This document shows positions 49,809-64,000 of a DNA stretch of 64,000 bases, piece by piece; within the stretch, counting starts at the first letter, position 1, and each line of letters begins with the position of its first letter. The notes below the pieces were generated by a model. That model saw only the letters and a list, made by a program, of their open reading frames with translations, searched no databases and was not told the DNA's origin. The translations under genes and the position numbers were made by a program. Location of the stretch: NCBI GenBank assembly GCA_964658305.1, contig OZ210884.1, positions 5,332,001 to 5,396,000 on the forward strand, in the 5' to 3' direction. The DNA is from Leptogorgia sarmentosa. Lineage: Eukaryota.

Positions 49809-52800
49809 TGTATTTATTCACGATAAATATTCGCGTGAGATCTCGTTTAATTACCTCGACTCACGAACTCAGCTCTTACGGCGGTCAACCCGCAGTGTTT
49901 TCGCGATCAAGCAAGCTGTTTCTCAATACTTAGGTTTAGACAACTTCGCATGAGACGCAAGTTCTCAACTTGTTATCAGGTGTCTTGAGGAGATTAATGT
50001 ATACCCGCGTCGTTGGAGTGTCACTCTTCAAAACTTTGCTCGACACTCTGCGTGATGTTCGAATTTCCGAGGTTTGTGTGAAACTGAGGATGGAGTGAAG
50101 GAACACCTCTTTCAAAACATCTGCATTTCTCTGTGTTAGTTCACAGCATGAGAGTTTCAAAACACAACTTGCTATTTAATGATTGGCATATTGAAACGGA
50201 TGTCGGTGGCAACCAATCATATTTCATTTCACAGCCCTCCATACGCTTCGTTAATTATTCACAATTCGTGACTAGTTGGCCTTGTACCGACTTCGTATTG
50301 TTTTTGTTCTCAACTACCTCATTTCAATTTAATCTGTCAGGCAAAACTATTCCAATTCAAAAGATCTATAGATAACACTTTGTAGGCATCTAACAAACCG
50401 CCTAAATAGAAGAAGCGGTCTTAGCCAAGATATCGATATTCAAAGTCAAGAGGATTTTAAGTAGTTTGAATAAGGAACCCGCATCCTTCTTTCTTAACCG
50501 AATTTTAATTGCCTTTTTACTCTTGTGATCTCCTGTGGCGTCATAAGAACGCGAAGCGATGATTTCGCTTCATTTTTTACATTGGGGAAGCGACACAGTG
50601 TAAGGTTTAGGTAATTTCATAGCACAACAGGAGTAAAAAGCTTTCAGTCGGGTTAAACAATCGCAAACGACGTTAACTGCCGGTAGCCAGTCAATGCAAC
50701 AAACAACCTGCAATGTAAGAGTGCGGCGGTCTAGTCAAACTCAATAACATGAAAATTTCCTGTCCCTAGTATTGACAAATTCGCTCCCGGCACGTCGTGT
50801 CGCAAAATGAACAGAAAAACCGTTAGCTAAATTTGGCAATTGAGAAACTCCGCCCTATCAAGCTGATTGTGTCAATATAGAGCGATAGATGAGGGAGAAT
50901 AAATTAAATTTACAAGTAAACTTTTCGCATCCCCCAAGCTGCGAAATTGAAAGCTGTCCAGTGTCGCTGATGAGCTCTACCCTGCCTCCTTCATATCAAC
51001 TCAATTACGCACACAAACCGTCGTAACTCGCGGGGAATAATCCCTCATAGGCAGCTACGAACAGCTTTTATTTGTTTTTACGCGCGCTTCTTAAATATTG
51101 ACCGGAAGGTTGTATTTATTCTCTGCATGGAAAGAGCAACATTTACTGTAGTTAAATGGCACAGCAATGTAAATTTAACTCGAGCAGTGTGCGTCGTCAA
51201 TGCAGAATTTTACTGCGGAATTAGCGACTCAACGTTCGTACAAGCATGTAATTTATATTACACATGTGGAAAGTGTTAAAAATTCTCAATAAACACTTGA
51301 AAAGTGCTTAACACCTTGAATTGATGATAGATAAATTAAGTTTATCTTGTCTCCATACTCAGCGCTAAATAATTCAACTTTGAGCAAATACTATGCTAAG
51401 ACATAATGCGCGACACTATATTGATTATGCAATGAAAATAAACAGTGATATTAGCCGGGTATAATTGAAAAGCTTTGCACTCATATACCATTATAAATTT
51501 TGTTCAAGACGAAATAATCTTAGGATATCGTAGCTTATAAAATCAAATCGTACATTGAAATTGGTTGATTGTTCGTTTATATCCATATGGAGTTATATAG
51601 CAACGACAGTACATCTGTAAATACTGCTTGACTACGTTAGGATAATATATCTATAAGCATATGATTATAAAATGGTGATATGAACAATCGATTTTGACAA
51701 AAACAGGAATTTTGGCAATGTAAATTTAAGCTAATCATGTGAGTATATAACTTCCCTTTTAGTAAAAACACGTCTTTATTTGTCTTAGTTGCTTTTCAAG
51801 TGACCAGAAGGACGTATTTAATTTTTTTATGTTGACACTGCAATCTAAGTTTTTATAAGACTTGTCAGCTGTCAGTATCATGCGGGTAGTAGTAATTCAC
51901 TTTTACGATTATGCAGCTCTGACGAGAAAATGGCAGAATTCCTAATTAATTTTCCGATGCACATGCATGAAGGTTGACAATTTGATGGAAACTAATATAG
52001 CTACTGTTTCATTGTTTATATATCAGTCACCATTCACGATACAGAGTATAATACATTGGAGTTGTGCTGATCGATATCTGTAACTAATTATCTATGAGCA
52101 ATTGATCATTATTTGTTAGGATGTATAAAAGGTTTTATTTTTGTTTAGATCCTAAATATCACTTATTGTCTGTAATATTAGGCAATCCTAAATTAGGGAA
52201 TGTCTTTAATTTATCCACATTTCTCCAGAACAACTGTTAATTTGTTAGAAAGTTAAGGCCAGTGTTGACTATATTTATGGTTTATCAGTCAACAGTAATT
52301 GAGCAAGATATAGATAGGGCAATCTATATGATGGAGTGAATTACGAGAGGTAACAAGTGGTTGAAATTTGGCTTTACATATCTCTTGTCAGTCAACACTC
52401 ATTGATGTGGAGTGAACGATCTCTGGTGCTGACATATGAGAGTAGCGGCAATAGCTTACCAACACCGCTGAATTTCCGGTATGGAGAAATACACCGACCA
52501 CATACACAAACACAAACATCAGAGACTACACTTGAGTTATACAATACAATATATCAACTACGACGACTTATTAGATATTAATAACTTCCCCATACCATCT
52601 CACTTTACAAATATAATTATTTTTAAAGAGGAAAATATCAAGCAAGTTGCAAACGTAGTCACTTTAATTATCAGTAACGAAATCTTGTGCAATATAGCCA
52701 CAAATACTTGATCAACAGTCACTTGGTCAAAGCCCTGAATAGTCGAATGCAAAACATCGCTATATTAATTGATTATCAAACTGAAAAGCAATTAATTTAC

Positions 52801-55800
52801 AACAATGTTTAAAAAACGTTCATAAAAGCAAACCAAACTTTGCTCTCTAAACAACTATACATAAAACTACACATTTAGTTCATAAATTTAGGTTCAATTA
52901 TTTACAAGATGAATAGGAATGTTTTTAAATTTTTGCTCATCCACCGTTTAAGGTAAACGCCTTTGATAAACCGACCTCTCATCTCGATATTGGTTGATTC
53001 TCTATTTCCGTGCATCAACCACAAAGTCTGGCGATCGTGTCATGAACTGATTAACTTCAGATTGTTTAGAAAACAGGATGCAGTGCAATAGGCTCACCCT
53101 GGCTAATCCCAAATGATAATAAACTTGATCGTCAAAGCGGATTAAGCGGATTTTGTTGTTATTTTCTGTCTGTAAGTCCCAAGTGATTATTGAAAAGTTG
53201 TTGTTATTTTTGTATATATTTCTCTCTCGGCATTTTAATTATTCGTATCTTAAAGTAAAACACCAGGCAACACACATGCATGCATGTGCCTTGGTTATTG
53301 AATTGGACGAAGGAATATTACAAACAAACGGACCCGACACGATATTGCAATCTGGAGTGCATCAATATTGACACAGTATAGTTGTATAAATATTCTAAAT
53401 TTAACATTTTCAGATATCATCACTGCAGTGTAGTCATTTAATGTCTGCTTAAAATGCTTAAAACTACTCGAAATCCATTAACTATTTTACGAGTTTTTGT
53501 TATGTAAACAGGACAATTTAATAGCGTCGGCTTCGCATGAAAATAGCTAGCTACTACACGAAGTTGCATGGGAAAATATAAACCTTTATCTTACAGCCAG
53601 AGCCGTATTGTAAATAAAGGTCACAGGCTTGTATTCCTACATAACCGTGAGTTATGTTCCCAAGAAAGGTGGTGTTTTTTTAGTTATCCAAACATGCAGT
53701 ATAATTTGTCATTAAAGTAAATAAATTAAAACCTTGATGGCTTGTTAAGAGATTAACAGCAGCTTGACACTCAACTTGATTGCCATATCACGGAAATTTA
53801 TCTATGTACAAGATAATGCAATGTACAAACACTTCGAATAACATCGATCTTATAAGGTTAGATCGAGAAATTCCGCTAGCAGCCCTTGCTTGAATTTGAT
53901 TAGATAAACCAAAATACAAGAATTGTTTTGATAAAGTCCTACTGTGCTATTGAGCTCAGTCATTTGGGGAATGACTGGCTTTTTCTGATGTAAAAATAAC
54001 GACCGTAGTTTTGAAGTAGAAATATTTCAAGCGTTTGCAATGTTGGTGTCGATTTCATGTAAAATCCCAGATATACCGAGAAGTACTGGCACAGGGTTTA
54101 TCTTTAATAACCACGCGTTTTCATGATTAGATTTTAACTTATCTGACAACTAAGATTTTTACATGACAAACAACTTATATTTTAATATTGGCGCATTTTA
54201 TACCGTTAACGTTATAAATGAGTTCAATACTGATAAATTGCTGGGTAAAAATAGCCAATTTTGAAGATGAAGGCACTGAGCAAACTAATAATTGTTGCAC
54301 CGAAACTTTTGTGATAAACAGTATATAGCTACATGGCTACATCAAATTTTTCCTCGCATAGTAATACAATCCTTTTAATTTTTCTTCGAACAATGTAATG
54401 AATAAACGCGTGTTTTATGTTTTGGCATTTCCATACATCACCAGTAAGCAGATTGGGTATAACAAATGCATTGATCGGACTGAACTAATTAGCTGATTTT
54501 TATTGCATGTGAATACTCACAAAATCCCTTAGTTCGTATTTTCAACGGTCAACGAAAAGTAAGGTAATTTGATGTTATGCATGGTCGCATCAAGAGGTAT
54601 CACTATCACACATGTGAATACGATACCAGACAGAAAAATTTCTAAAACGACCGTATACGTATCGCTGTATAAATCCCCCTATAAACATTCATATCCTTTA
54701 CAAAATCTTAGTGTCAATATGAAAATGAATACTTATTTATCAAAGTCATTTAATGGTCCTGTGAATCACACATAATAAAGGGATGAGATTCGTCTTGGTT
54801 GGAGGTAAATAACTATACTTTACCACAGGGTACCGCTGTGAATCGCAACAGCGGTCCTTTCAATTTGCGTTCCTTTTCAAGTTAACAGCCATATTATTAA
54901 TAGCTGTCCTAGCGTTGTACAAATATCTTATTGTTCTGAAGCATTTCACTTGTGCTTCATGTTGCGAAAGCCAACGAGAATAATAATAGAGCTACCATTA
55001 TTGAACCAAAATATAAAGAATTTGTGGTATTCACAACAGTTGCAGGATGACAACACAAAATGAAACATAGAGATCAATTTATTTCAAACAAATTTCATAG
55101 TTGCTAAACATTTTCAGTTTGGACTAATGCCACAATAATTATAGCCTATATATAATTAGATATTGCATCTGGATGCATCCTCTTCAGATTTTTATACTTT
55201 AACGTTGATAGTCAATTGGTTACTTTGAATTTTTGAGAAAAATTTGTCGTCTATATGTAGTTAAATGATATATAAATAAGGTTTGTGACAAAAATATGCA
55301 AGAAACGTACATTTACTGCTATTTTTTATGTATGCTAGAAATGAAAATGAAGACAAGCATCTAAAAAGCCTATAGAGCGTTCAATGAGTAGCAACGAGAC
55401 GGAATAAGACTGATTCGTCTCGATTGCATGAGGTTTCAATTTCATCAAGACACGTGGTTTATTTTCATCCGTAGTATTATTATTACATTTCTTTGTCCTT
55501 AGAACCAATTTCACCCTCCATATGTCAAACGTACTGGATTCTTGAGAATTAAAAAATATATAGAAAAAATTACGATAGAAATTACGTCTCTTGTGGTCAA
55601 GACTTATTACATGTAGACACTAAACCATTTTTACTCCCATGTTGCGGCTAAATCTAAATTAAACACTGTGATGAAAGTGAGAGCAGATCGAGAAGATGAA
55701 GGTCTATGCCTGTATTGCGGCGATAATTGTTTTGCTAGATCATTCGCTCTGTCTGTAATTTGGAAAGATGTCAAAATTGCGACGGCAGACAAATGACAAA

Positions 55801-58800
55801 CGAAATCTAAAAATAGTCAAGACCCTGGTGTTCAATAGCCACCGTCTAGAATGTTCCTATAAAATATTTTATCATAATAGCCTACATAAAGTTTATCTCT
55901 AAAAATGTTGCAATTGTCAAAGATGAAACCCTATAGCTACTAACTTGACTGTAACAAATCGTTTCACTACAGGTCTAGCTGCAGGATACCACGAATTATT
56001 TGACAGTTTGATCTCAAATAAAGAGTTCATTTGCGTATGTAGGAGTTTCTAATTAAAACTCAGGAAAAGCTATTGTAATTGTGAAGCAGAACGTTAATAA
56101 CTCATAACAAAAGATCAAACAGAGTAGATTGCTGTGTAATTAATCTACCGCCGAGAATACGGCATCTTTCAATTTATTTCTATTCTTAGTTTTTAATCCA
56201 TGTCGAGCACAAGCACAGAAGTAAACTACACAGCTGCATCTTAGTCACCCCTTCATTGAGTCTGCGCCTCACAGTTCTCACGTATAAATAAAACATGTCT
56301 TTAACACTCCCTATAGCTTCCTCTACACCTTGCGATATATGAGCGTAATTCTTCGAATACTCCGTGCGTACGTAATTACTAAAAGAAATTTTTTGAATAT
56401 ACAGATAAATATTAATAAAGTCAACCGTGTGTTCTTGAGCTGAATGATTGTATAAACCGCGAGAAAGTTCCAACTCATGTTAAACTTCGAATGTCTTAGC
56501 TCGAAATTCTTTCGTTTAGCTAGTGGGTAGAACTTTGCTGCTTTTTGAAGTTGTTATCTGCTATACTGGTACATATTAAACTTTTATAATTTCTATGGTC
56601 AGGAATTTGTAACTACACCATGCAACAATTGTTTTTTGAAACAAATTTGTCTAGCCAATGTATACCCAGTGTTCAGATGCCGCGATGATATGATAGATTG
56701 CTCAAGGCAGTGCATGAGAAGAACTTTTGCTGCTTTTGAAAACTGGACGTGACATTTTAATCAACAGCTAGCTGTTTAATATAACAATGAATGAGCATCG
56801 TAATGATCGTATACAACACACTAATAATGCAAGATCAACATTGTCGTATACTGTCTGTCTTTGATACATGGTAAGCTGAGATTAGCAACGTCATATTGAG
56901 ATGTATTGATCATTAATAATAACCCCAGCACCTTGAGGTGGCTTCGGATAATTAATAATATTGTCATGCAGTCTGTAGTTTCTGGTGGGGTGTTGATTTT
57001 ATACACGGCAGTATGCATTATGACGAACATTCATCCATGGACTTAATTGCTCGCATGAAATAGCTCCATGCAGCGCGTTAAATATCTTCTTTTATACTTG
57101 TTACTAATTTAACGTAGCTACATTTTTTAAATGAGTAAGCTGCAAGGTAGAATAGGAACAAATGTAGAATAGAGACTTTGATTGTTATAACCTGTTTGAT
57201 CTTGACCTTCGAGAATGATTATGGCATTTTATTTTTGTATATGCAGCTTCTATGGTAGGATCGTTTTAGAAATGTTTTAGGTGCGAGCGTCATCATACGC
57301 CAGCGATCACTATGACAACGAGAGGCCATTAACTGAAGTGGGTTCTTAACACAAAGCTGCATGGCGTCATGTCTAGGAAGATTTTTAACTCTCCTTTAAA
57401 GAAGCTTCAATGAAGTGGGCGTAAGCTGCATAACATGACGCCGAACGTGGCAAGATACTTCAAAACGGCAGGATGCAAGTTATCTATAATTTGCACAGCA
57501 AAAATGTAGCTCAAAGCGCTTTTATTCAGTCCTACAAGAATTTTTACTTCACACTAATTATTTAATTGTGTGTGTGGTAAATTGAACATTTGTTCTTGGC
57601 AAAAGGCTTTGTCATGTATGCCAGATTTTGAGGGGAATATTCGTGTGTAGAAGTAATTTCCCCAGTAGGAGACTTTGCCCTGATTTTCAGAAATGACTGT
57701 CGGACTCAACCCCATGCATCATTTAGCATAATATAACTAAGGAATGATATGAAGAAAATGGTCTGAAATGCATTGCAAAATATCTTTCGGCATATTTTTC
57801 AAACAACAATTGTGTTGCTTAATTGATTTAACTGCATATTTGAAGGAAAAAGAGCCTTCTAGTCAAAAATGGGAGGCAATCGTAAGAGGAAAATGGGTCT
57901 TTTAAATTATATAGCAAAGGGAATATTTCGAATTCCGCACCAAGTGTTTATGATCAGCGTCTGCGACAACCAAAATTCAAGTAGCAAACGTGAAACTTTT
58001 CGTGTATCTTTACCACGCAGTAATATTAGTACTACAATAATTGACGAATATGATGAAACGAGGGCATCTACATGCCAGGTGACGCCCCCCGCATCCCCTA
58101 ACAATGTTGTCGTAACGTATTAATAACGATTGCACACGAGCATCTATCTACTAGAAGTCATATCAACATTGTGTAGGGGGAGAGAGGAAATAAGGAAGGC
58201 GTCAATGGTTATATTTTTGTGTTTATGTCTTCACGCATGTAAAAATTGTTTTTTTCCTGGCGTCATTTGAGTTAATAATGTCAGTGACTGTAGCTGGCTA
58301 AAACTTACAAAATTTTCTTTAATAGTGATAGAACTGTGCACCTTCGTTTTCAGGCTGTGAAATTAACATCCTCATCATACTCTACAGCATGTTGACAAAT
58401 TTGGAAAAACCGCAGTTTCAGTGTGAAAAATCTTCTTTTAATTTTTCCAGACAAATGGGAAGTAAGTTTGGCCAACTGTATTATGCTTGTTCCTGCCATC
58501 ACAACCACACCTTTCATAGGATTGGAATATATGCAACTAGATGTACTCGTTTTTCTCCATATTTGGGTTGCTATAGTGAAAACAACATATAACCAGGTCT
58601 ATATATATACATTATATACAGGTCTGTTAAAAGTATGACCCCTAAACTGAGTGAGACAATGTTTGCCTGTGTACTATAAGAATGTATGACTCTTAAAAAT
58701 GATTTTAAAATAACGTAAAATCAACATGTTACTCTTAAACAATACGGGGAATAGACATTAAGTATCTTGCTTGTTTCTGGAAAATAGATTTGATCAATGT

Positions 58801-61368
58801 ATGCCTAATATTTCTAATCCAGTTTGACAAATCCTACCACGTCCCTGCTGTTATAATACTTAGTTTTATTACCCATTACAATCATTGCCGAAGGCGAGCG
58901 AGGTAATTATAAAGACTGGAGCAGCAGCATACAAAATATTATACATATTCTATCAGCAGAAATTTTGAAATAATTCATGTCAAGATTTAAGTTTCCCATC
59001 TATAAAAGCAATTAAAAGTTGATGAAATTCATTCTTTTTTACGGTGTCTCATCATATATAATTAATAAATATAAATGCACAGAAGTCTATTAATGTCTGT
59101 GAAGGTATGTGTTAGTAATGGCATTCTGCACTGATGTAAAATGTATATGTATGTAGACATAAAACTGCCATCGAAACCAATTTAAAATTATTGATTGTTC
59201 TTGGACACTTCATACATATAATAATTTATGAGATACATTCTCCACTCATTTCATGATGAATGGTCATCTGCCCTGTAGTTAAAAAAAGCAAATGAATGTA
59301 AATTATAATTTTACTACAAAGCTTGTTAACTAACTATGTCGTGCAGTGCAATGAGTACAGGGGGTCAAACAGACGTGTATGTGTGTACTTACTCTAATTA
59401 CCCCATAGGCGTGTAGGGGGTTCTGTGTGAGGCCAATTGGTTTCAATAATTGGATGAGTACAAGGAATTTCGTAAATTATTATATTTCATCACTCTCATC
59501 AGAGTTCCTGTCAGCCTATTGATGACCCACCATGTAATGATAAATTATACATTTTCGTGAAACTCAAACTTCATAAATTGTCTGACTTGAATAAAATATT
59601 TCTTCAAATAAATATTAGAGAATCGTTTACTTTTATTTATTGCATGTATGTCATCAATGAGTAGAAATAAACATTTTGTTTGTAAAAAGCTGGTAACTTT
59701 GCTGTAATGTTTGTTTTAGCGCAAGCTATATATAACGAAATCGTATTGTTGTGAATTTACGTACTCGAAAATATCCATGCAATCATATAGTTTGAGAGCT
59801 AGTCTCTGGAATTTTCTGGAAGTGTCATTGCAGACATGGGAATTCATAGAAAAATTTTGGGTATTATTACTTGAATCTGCAGGAACTATATTCTTAGATT
59901 TGTGCGAAATCCTGTTATTCCATGCAGAATGCAATGGACAAAATGTATGTTCTTGCCATCTGTGTATTTTAAACGGTGATGTACGTGGAATTTTGCTGAG
60001 GTATAATCACGGGTATTGATTTTCTCGAAGGTTCAAAATGTTGAAAAGCCAGATTTTTAGGTCTAGTGTAAAGAAAACTAAAGAACTTCGAAACACGTAA
60101 AGCATGATAACATGACAGCCAAATCTGCTATTTTGCTTCTCCAACAAGACAGTAACTAAGCAATTATTGAAACATGATAGGAATGTGAATCGTTTGATTC
60201 ATCCAGAAGCGGCAGTTACCACGAAGTGTGATGAATTTGGGAAAAGCAGGAACGACGTCCCAGGGAGTGTTGATTTATCAAACCTAAAAACTTTCAAGAC
60301 AACAATTTGCCCCCTAACCAGTCAAACACTTGTTATCCGATTAGTTGCGACTACAGTTCGTCGGTTGACGAGACACCGCCTTCAAAGAGTTATACAGGAA
60401 ACCCCCTGGTGTTCACACGGGACTCCCGCGCAATTGTCACAGTCTTTCCGACAGAAACAGCCGCCATTAATTATCTCAAGTGGGCGATAAATATAGAGAC
60501 TTAACACTGGCTTGTCAATGTCGCCACCGTAAGGTCGTCATCAGCACAAAGTATTATAGGGAAATAAACTTTGTCGGTATATTGAAACGAAAGCCACACC
60601 AAAAATTTCCCCTTTTGTCTTGTGAAGAATAATTTCCTACATCCTTTTTCTTGACACTGAATATTCCTTTAAAAACGTCTTAAAAGTTAGACTTTTCCGA
60701 AATATGATTCTGCCGAGGTCAACTTAACAGGTCTGCAGTAAAATAAAATGAGGCCTATGAACAGAATATCGTTATACACTCACAAGGTCTTTCGGAAATT
60801 ATTCTCCTTTCACGGCAGTTCAACAAATAACAGCTCTTTAGTAATGTCTAACGATGCATGGTTATCTCTAAAAATTAAGGTGTTCATCACCGTGGACTCT
60901 TGCAATGAACTTATGTATTTTCATCATCAAAATTGCCATTTCATACGAAAATAATGTTTATCGTAATTCGTGATGGTTCCAGAGATATGCCGGAAAGCCT
61001 TACACATTACCTATGCCTATGCAGTATTTTACTATAAAATCTAAAGTGGCGGTGGCTGCAAGTTACAGAACTTTACTGTTCCACGACGATTGAAGCAAAC
61101 AAGCAAAGCAGTTGTCACAAAGTAGCCCACTTCTGTTGCACTATATGCATTAACGTAGAAGTTGTTACGACAATTACTCGTTACTCTGTGGTCAGCGGCA
61201 GAAGCATTCTTAGTCAAACTGAAGGAAAAACGAATGTTACATCTTTGTGTTGGTTTTGTAAAGGCTATCATTTTAAATTTAGAAACTTAAAGGTATAACA
61301 ACGGATTTTTAACAACAAAAGATCATGAATAATTTAAAAAACGACATCTTAATGGAGACACCCTGTTA

Positions 61369-61593
61369 CAGAGTAATTATATAATTACAGACAGAAGTAT
61401 CACTTTGTTAAAAATGCCTGAGAAAAAGCCGTCTGGCGGCCATATTGTTAGCAAGTAACTGCACATGCGCAGTTTACATATTTGTTTATTTTTTGTAAAC
61501 TGCGCACATAAACTCACTTGCTAACGATATGGCGGCCAGCCAGAAACACCTTGCACTTTTCGTTAAGTGACACCCCTGTCTGTAATGACTCTG
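61369..61593. mobile_element. TA-flanked palindromic MITE (Tc1/mariner-like)
   Basis: Imperfect TIRs cagagtaatta...cagacagaagtatcactt/aagtgacacccctgtctgtaatgactctg, plus an internal inverted pair gccatattgttagcaagt/acttgctaacgatatggc. Confidence 0.6.
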
Positions 61594-61742
61594 TACATTA
61601 TTGGAGAAAGAGCACAATTTTTGCGATAAGGACTGGCTCGAGGATATAGCTACTATAATTGCCAGGATAAGTTTACGCTACGCTGAAATAGCAATTTTTA
61701 TATAAGTTAGTTTGCATGTACTTAACTCTACGACACATTCTC

Positions 61743-61949
61743 TATACCCTGTGCACGGCTATTTTCTTGCAACTTGCAATGATGTTGATCACTTGAGAGA
61801 TGTTAATTAGTGAAGACGGTTTGATATGTAACGAACACATTAGGAAAATCTATAATGAGGACGCGTACTTGCCAATAAGTCGGTTTTACAACTCTGAACT
61901 GTGTAGAAATGCGGTGCAAGTTGCAAAATAAAAAATTGCACAGCCTATA
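61743..61949. mobile_element. Degenerate MITE
   Basis: Inverted ends ctgtgca...ttttcttgcaacttgca/tgcaagttgcaaaata...tgcacag. Confidence 0.45.
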
Positions 61950-64000
61950 GTGTGGTAGTTGAAGTGTTTACAACTAGTTTGTATATGATTTATATGAATT
62001 GACGATTTTGGACAAGTTGCGCTAGGATGCATGACTATATGTATCACTCGCCCTCGGCTTGTGTATTCAGTATAGCATGGGTTGTAAATAGAACTTATAG
62101 CTGTATTGATGAAGATCCGACAGACCGCAAGAGATCAATGTTCTGGAGAATGACAATGCTTTTAGGGTTTAAATTTCCTACCAAACGTTCTCCAACCGAG
62201 ACCTGGAATTTTACTGTATAACAGCTGAACTGAAGTATATATAAACTTTCATTTTAAACAAAAATATGAGGCATATCGATCTTCATTACTCCGACGCCAC
62301 GAAACCTACCTCTCAACTTATCACCCTATAATCAGCATACAATGCCGCAATTAATTATACATAAGGTATATATTGCTGCAAAGATCAAGCCTTTTTACTT
62401 CAATCATATTCACACACGTCATTTCTGGGGTGAAATAAAATGAAATTGTGGAGGAACATACTGATAAGTTGCTCTTGTTTAACAACTGAAAGAATTGTTT
62501 ATCAGGTGAACCAGTTTGGAATATTTGTTCTTTCAGGCTTCTGGCGCCTGCTCTTTGTCGCCATGAAGTTAATTATACTTCAGAAATTGAACCGTAAATT
62601 TTTCAAAGTATTTTCTCAGCCTGCCGCGGATGTTTGTAATTTTCATTGTATGATAATTACACACTGCTATTTTAAGTCTTTATGAGCAAAAGATCCAACG
62701 TCACAAAGATATCGTGAAGCTATTCTTAACAACTTAATTGATGTATAGTTTGTGCCCTTCTGTTGCTTAGTAATAGCCTACATTATTTTAAATTGCATGC
62801 ATACACATGCACGTACGTAGCGATCATTAGTTAAAAAAATATCAATCCATTTTCATATTTTGAGTTTTGTTCCACGTTCCATGCATAAACATTGTTTTTA
62901 TGATTTTTTAAAAAATATTGAAAAAATATTTTTGTCGGATTTGGTGAAGGTCAGGGCCAAAGAATAGCTATAAGAACAAAGAACATGAAAGGTTATTAAG
63001 TATCATAACTTGAACAATTGCATGATCATACCTAAATATATTTAAATTATACCCATATAGTTTTTAAACATTTTGCCACTATATACAGCTAGGCTGTACC
63101 CTTAACAGGCTGTAGTGGGAAACTTTTCGAGGTAAACTTTTTGGTCAACAGTATATCTATATAGCTGCTATATATTATATGGAGCACTTACCTAATTGGC
63201 ATTCCGTTAACCAGAGCGCTGTCGTAAATTATATCCATATCTAAGTATATATGTTATCTATCATCCATGCATTTCAAGCATTGTTATTTAATTATCTTGT
63301 TGTGGGAAACATTAGCTGGCTTAAGACGTTAACGTATTATGCAATGTTTTGTATAGTTCAGGCTACTGAAATAACAAAATAATGGCATTTAATTTTTGTT
63401 TCTAACTTCCATGCAAGTATTAATTTTCATTATGCGTCGCTTGAAGATATATTGTATGGCTATACAGCTTAAAAAAAGGAATTCATGAATAAAATACATG
63501 AGCAGCTAGCAATAAGATGGTCTTTTGTTAATTCAACTTGTTGAAGATGTTGCGAGTCAAGAATTAGCATTTCACCTGGGCAACACATAGGCTATTATAA
63601 GCATTCAAGGTCAGTATATGATGGACATTTAATTCTATCTATTCCATAGTATTCAATAATTATCTGAATTCTTCACTTGAAATTATCCAGAACATTTTTT
63701 CTCATTTACAAAATGTTTTAAAAAGCTTATTGTTAATTGACTGGAACATATTTGGTTATTTTTATCTTGTAAGTTAGTATGGCTATTTTAAAATATGAAT
63801 TTGTTTTTGTGGAAGCATTTGTGGCTATAGCTTTTCTTTCTCTGCAACCCACGACTTTACCTTGGACAAGGCATTAAGGTCTTTCAGAAGTTTACTATAT
63901 CCTGTTTTATTCCTCTAAATTGTTTTACATAAATCAATATAATAATATTTAAATAACGGATAACAACGTCGGCCAGCAGCCAAAGTTCTACTCACCACCT

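Noticed and set aside
50967..50990. CTGATGA as a second hammerhead core
   Set aside because: No stem II or GAAA box follows.
60167..60490. 107-aa ORF upstream of Zic
   Set aside because: TTG start, no homology that I recognise and no supporting exon chain; more plausibly non-coding.

Overview
Eukaryotic, AT-rich, intron-containing animal DNA. It is most likely cnidarian and octocoral-like (inference from the orphan GPCR motifs, the intronless Zic and the repeat families). In order, the window holds: the 3' part of an intronless rhodopsin-class GPCR; the last 11 coding exons of MSH4; and an old tandem duplication whose unit is the MSH4 terminal exon plus a 3-exon secreted prepropeptide gene. 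Next come several non-autonomous DNA transposons (a self-nested Helentron-like pair, a 2.95-kb CMC/EnSpm-like element, and hAT, PIF, Tc1 and Academ-type MITEs), a degenerate hammerhead ribozyme motif and a ~1.8-kb 29-32-bp satellite. These are followed by LRRC56 (minus strand, 14 coding exons), tRNA-Leu(CAG), FGFR1OP2/SIKE-like, and an intronless Zic gene inside ~27 kb with no recognisable genes. The most novel signal is the pair of paralogous secreted precursors, visible only after manual splicing. Each has a signal peptide, a conserved two-Cys prodomain and a furin site (RERR or RARR), followed by unrelated, hydrophobic, beta-prone C-terminal peptides. All gene models were spliced by eye; no database search was run.
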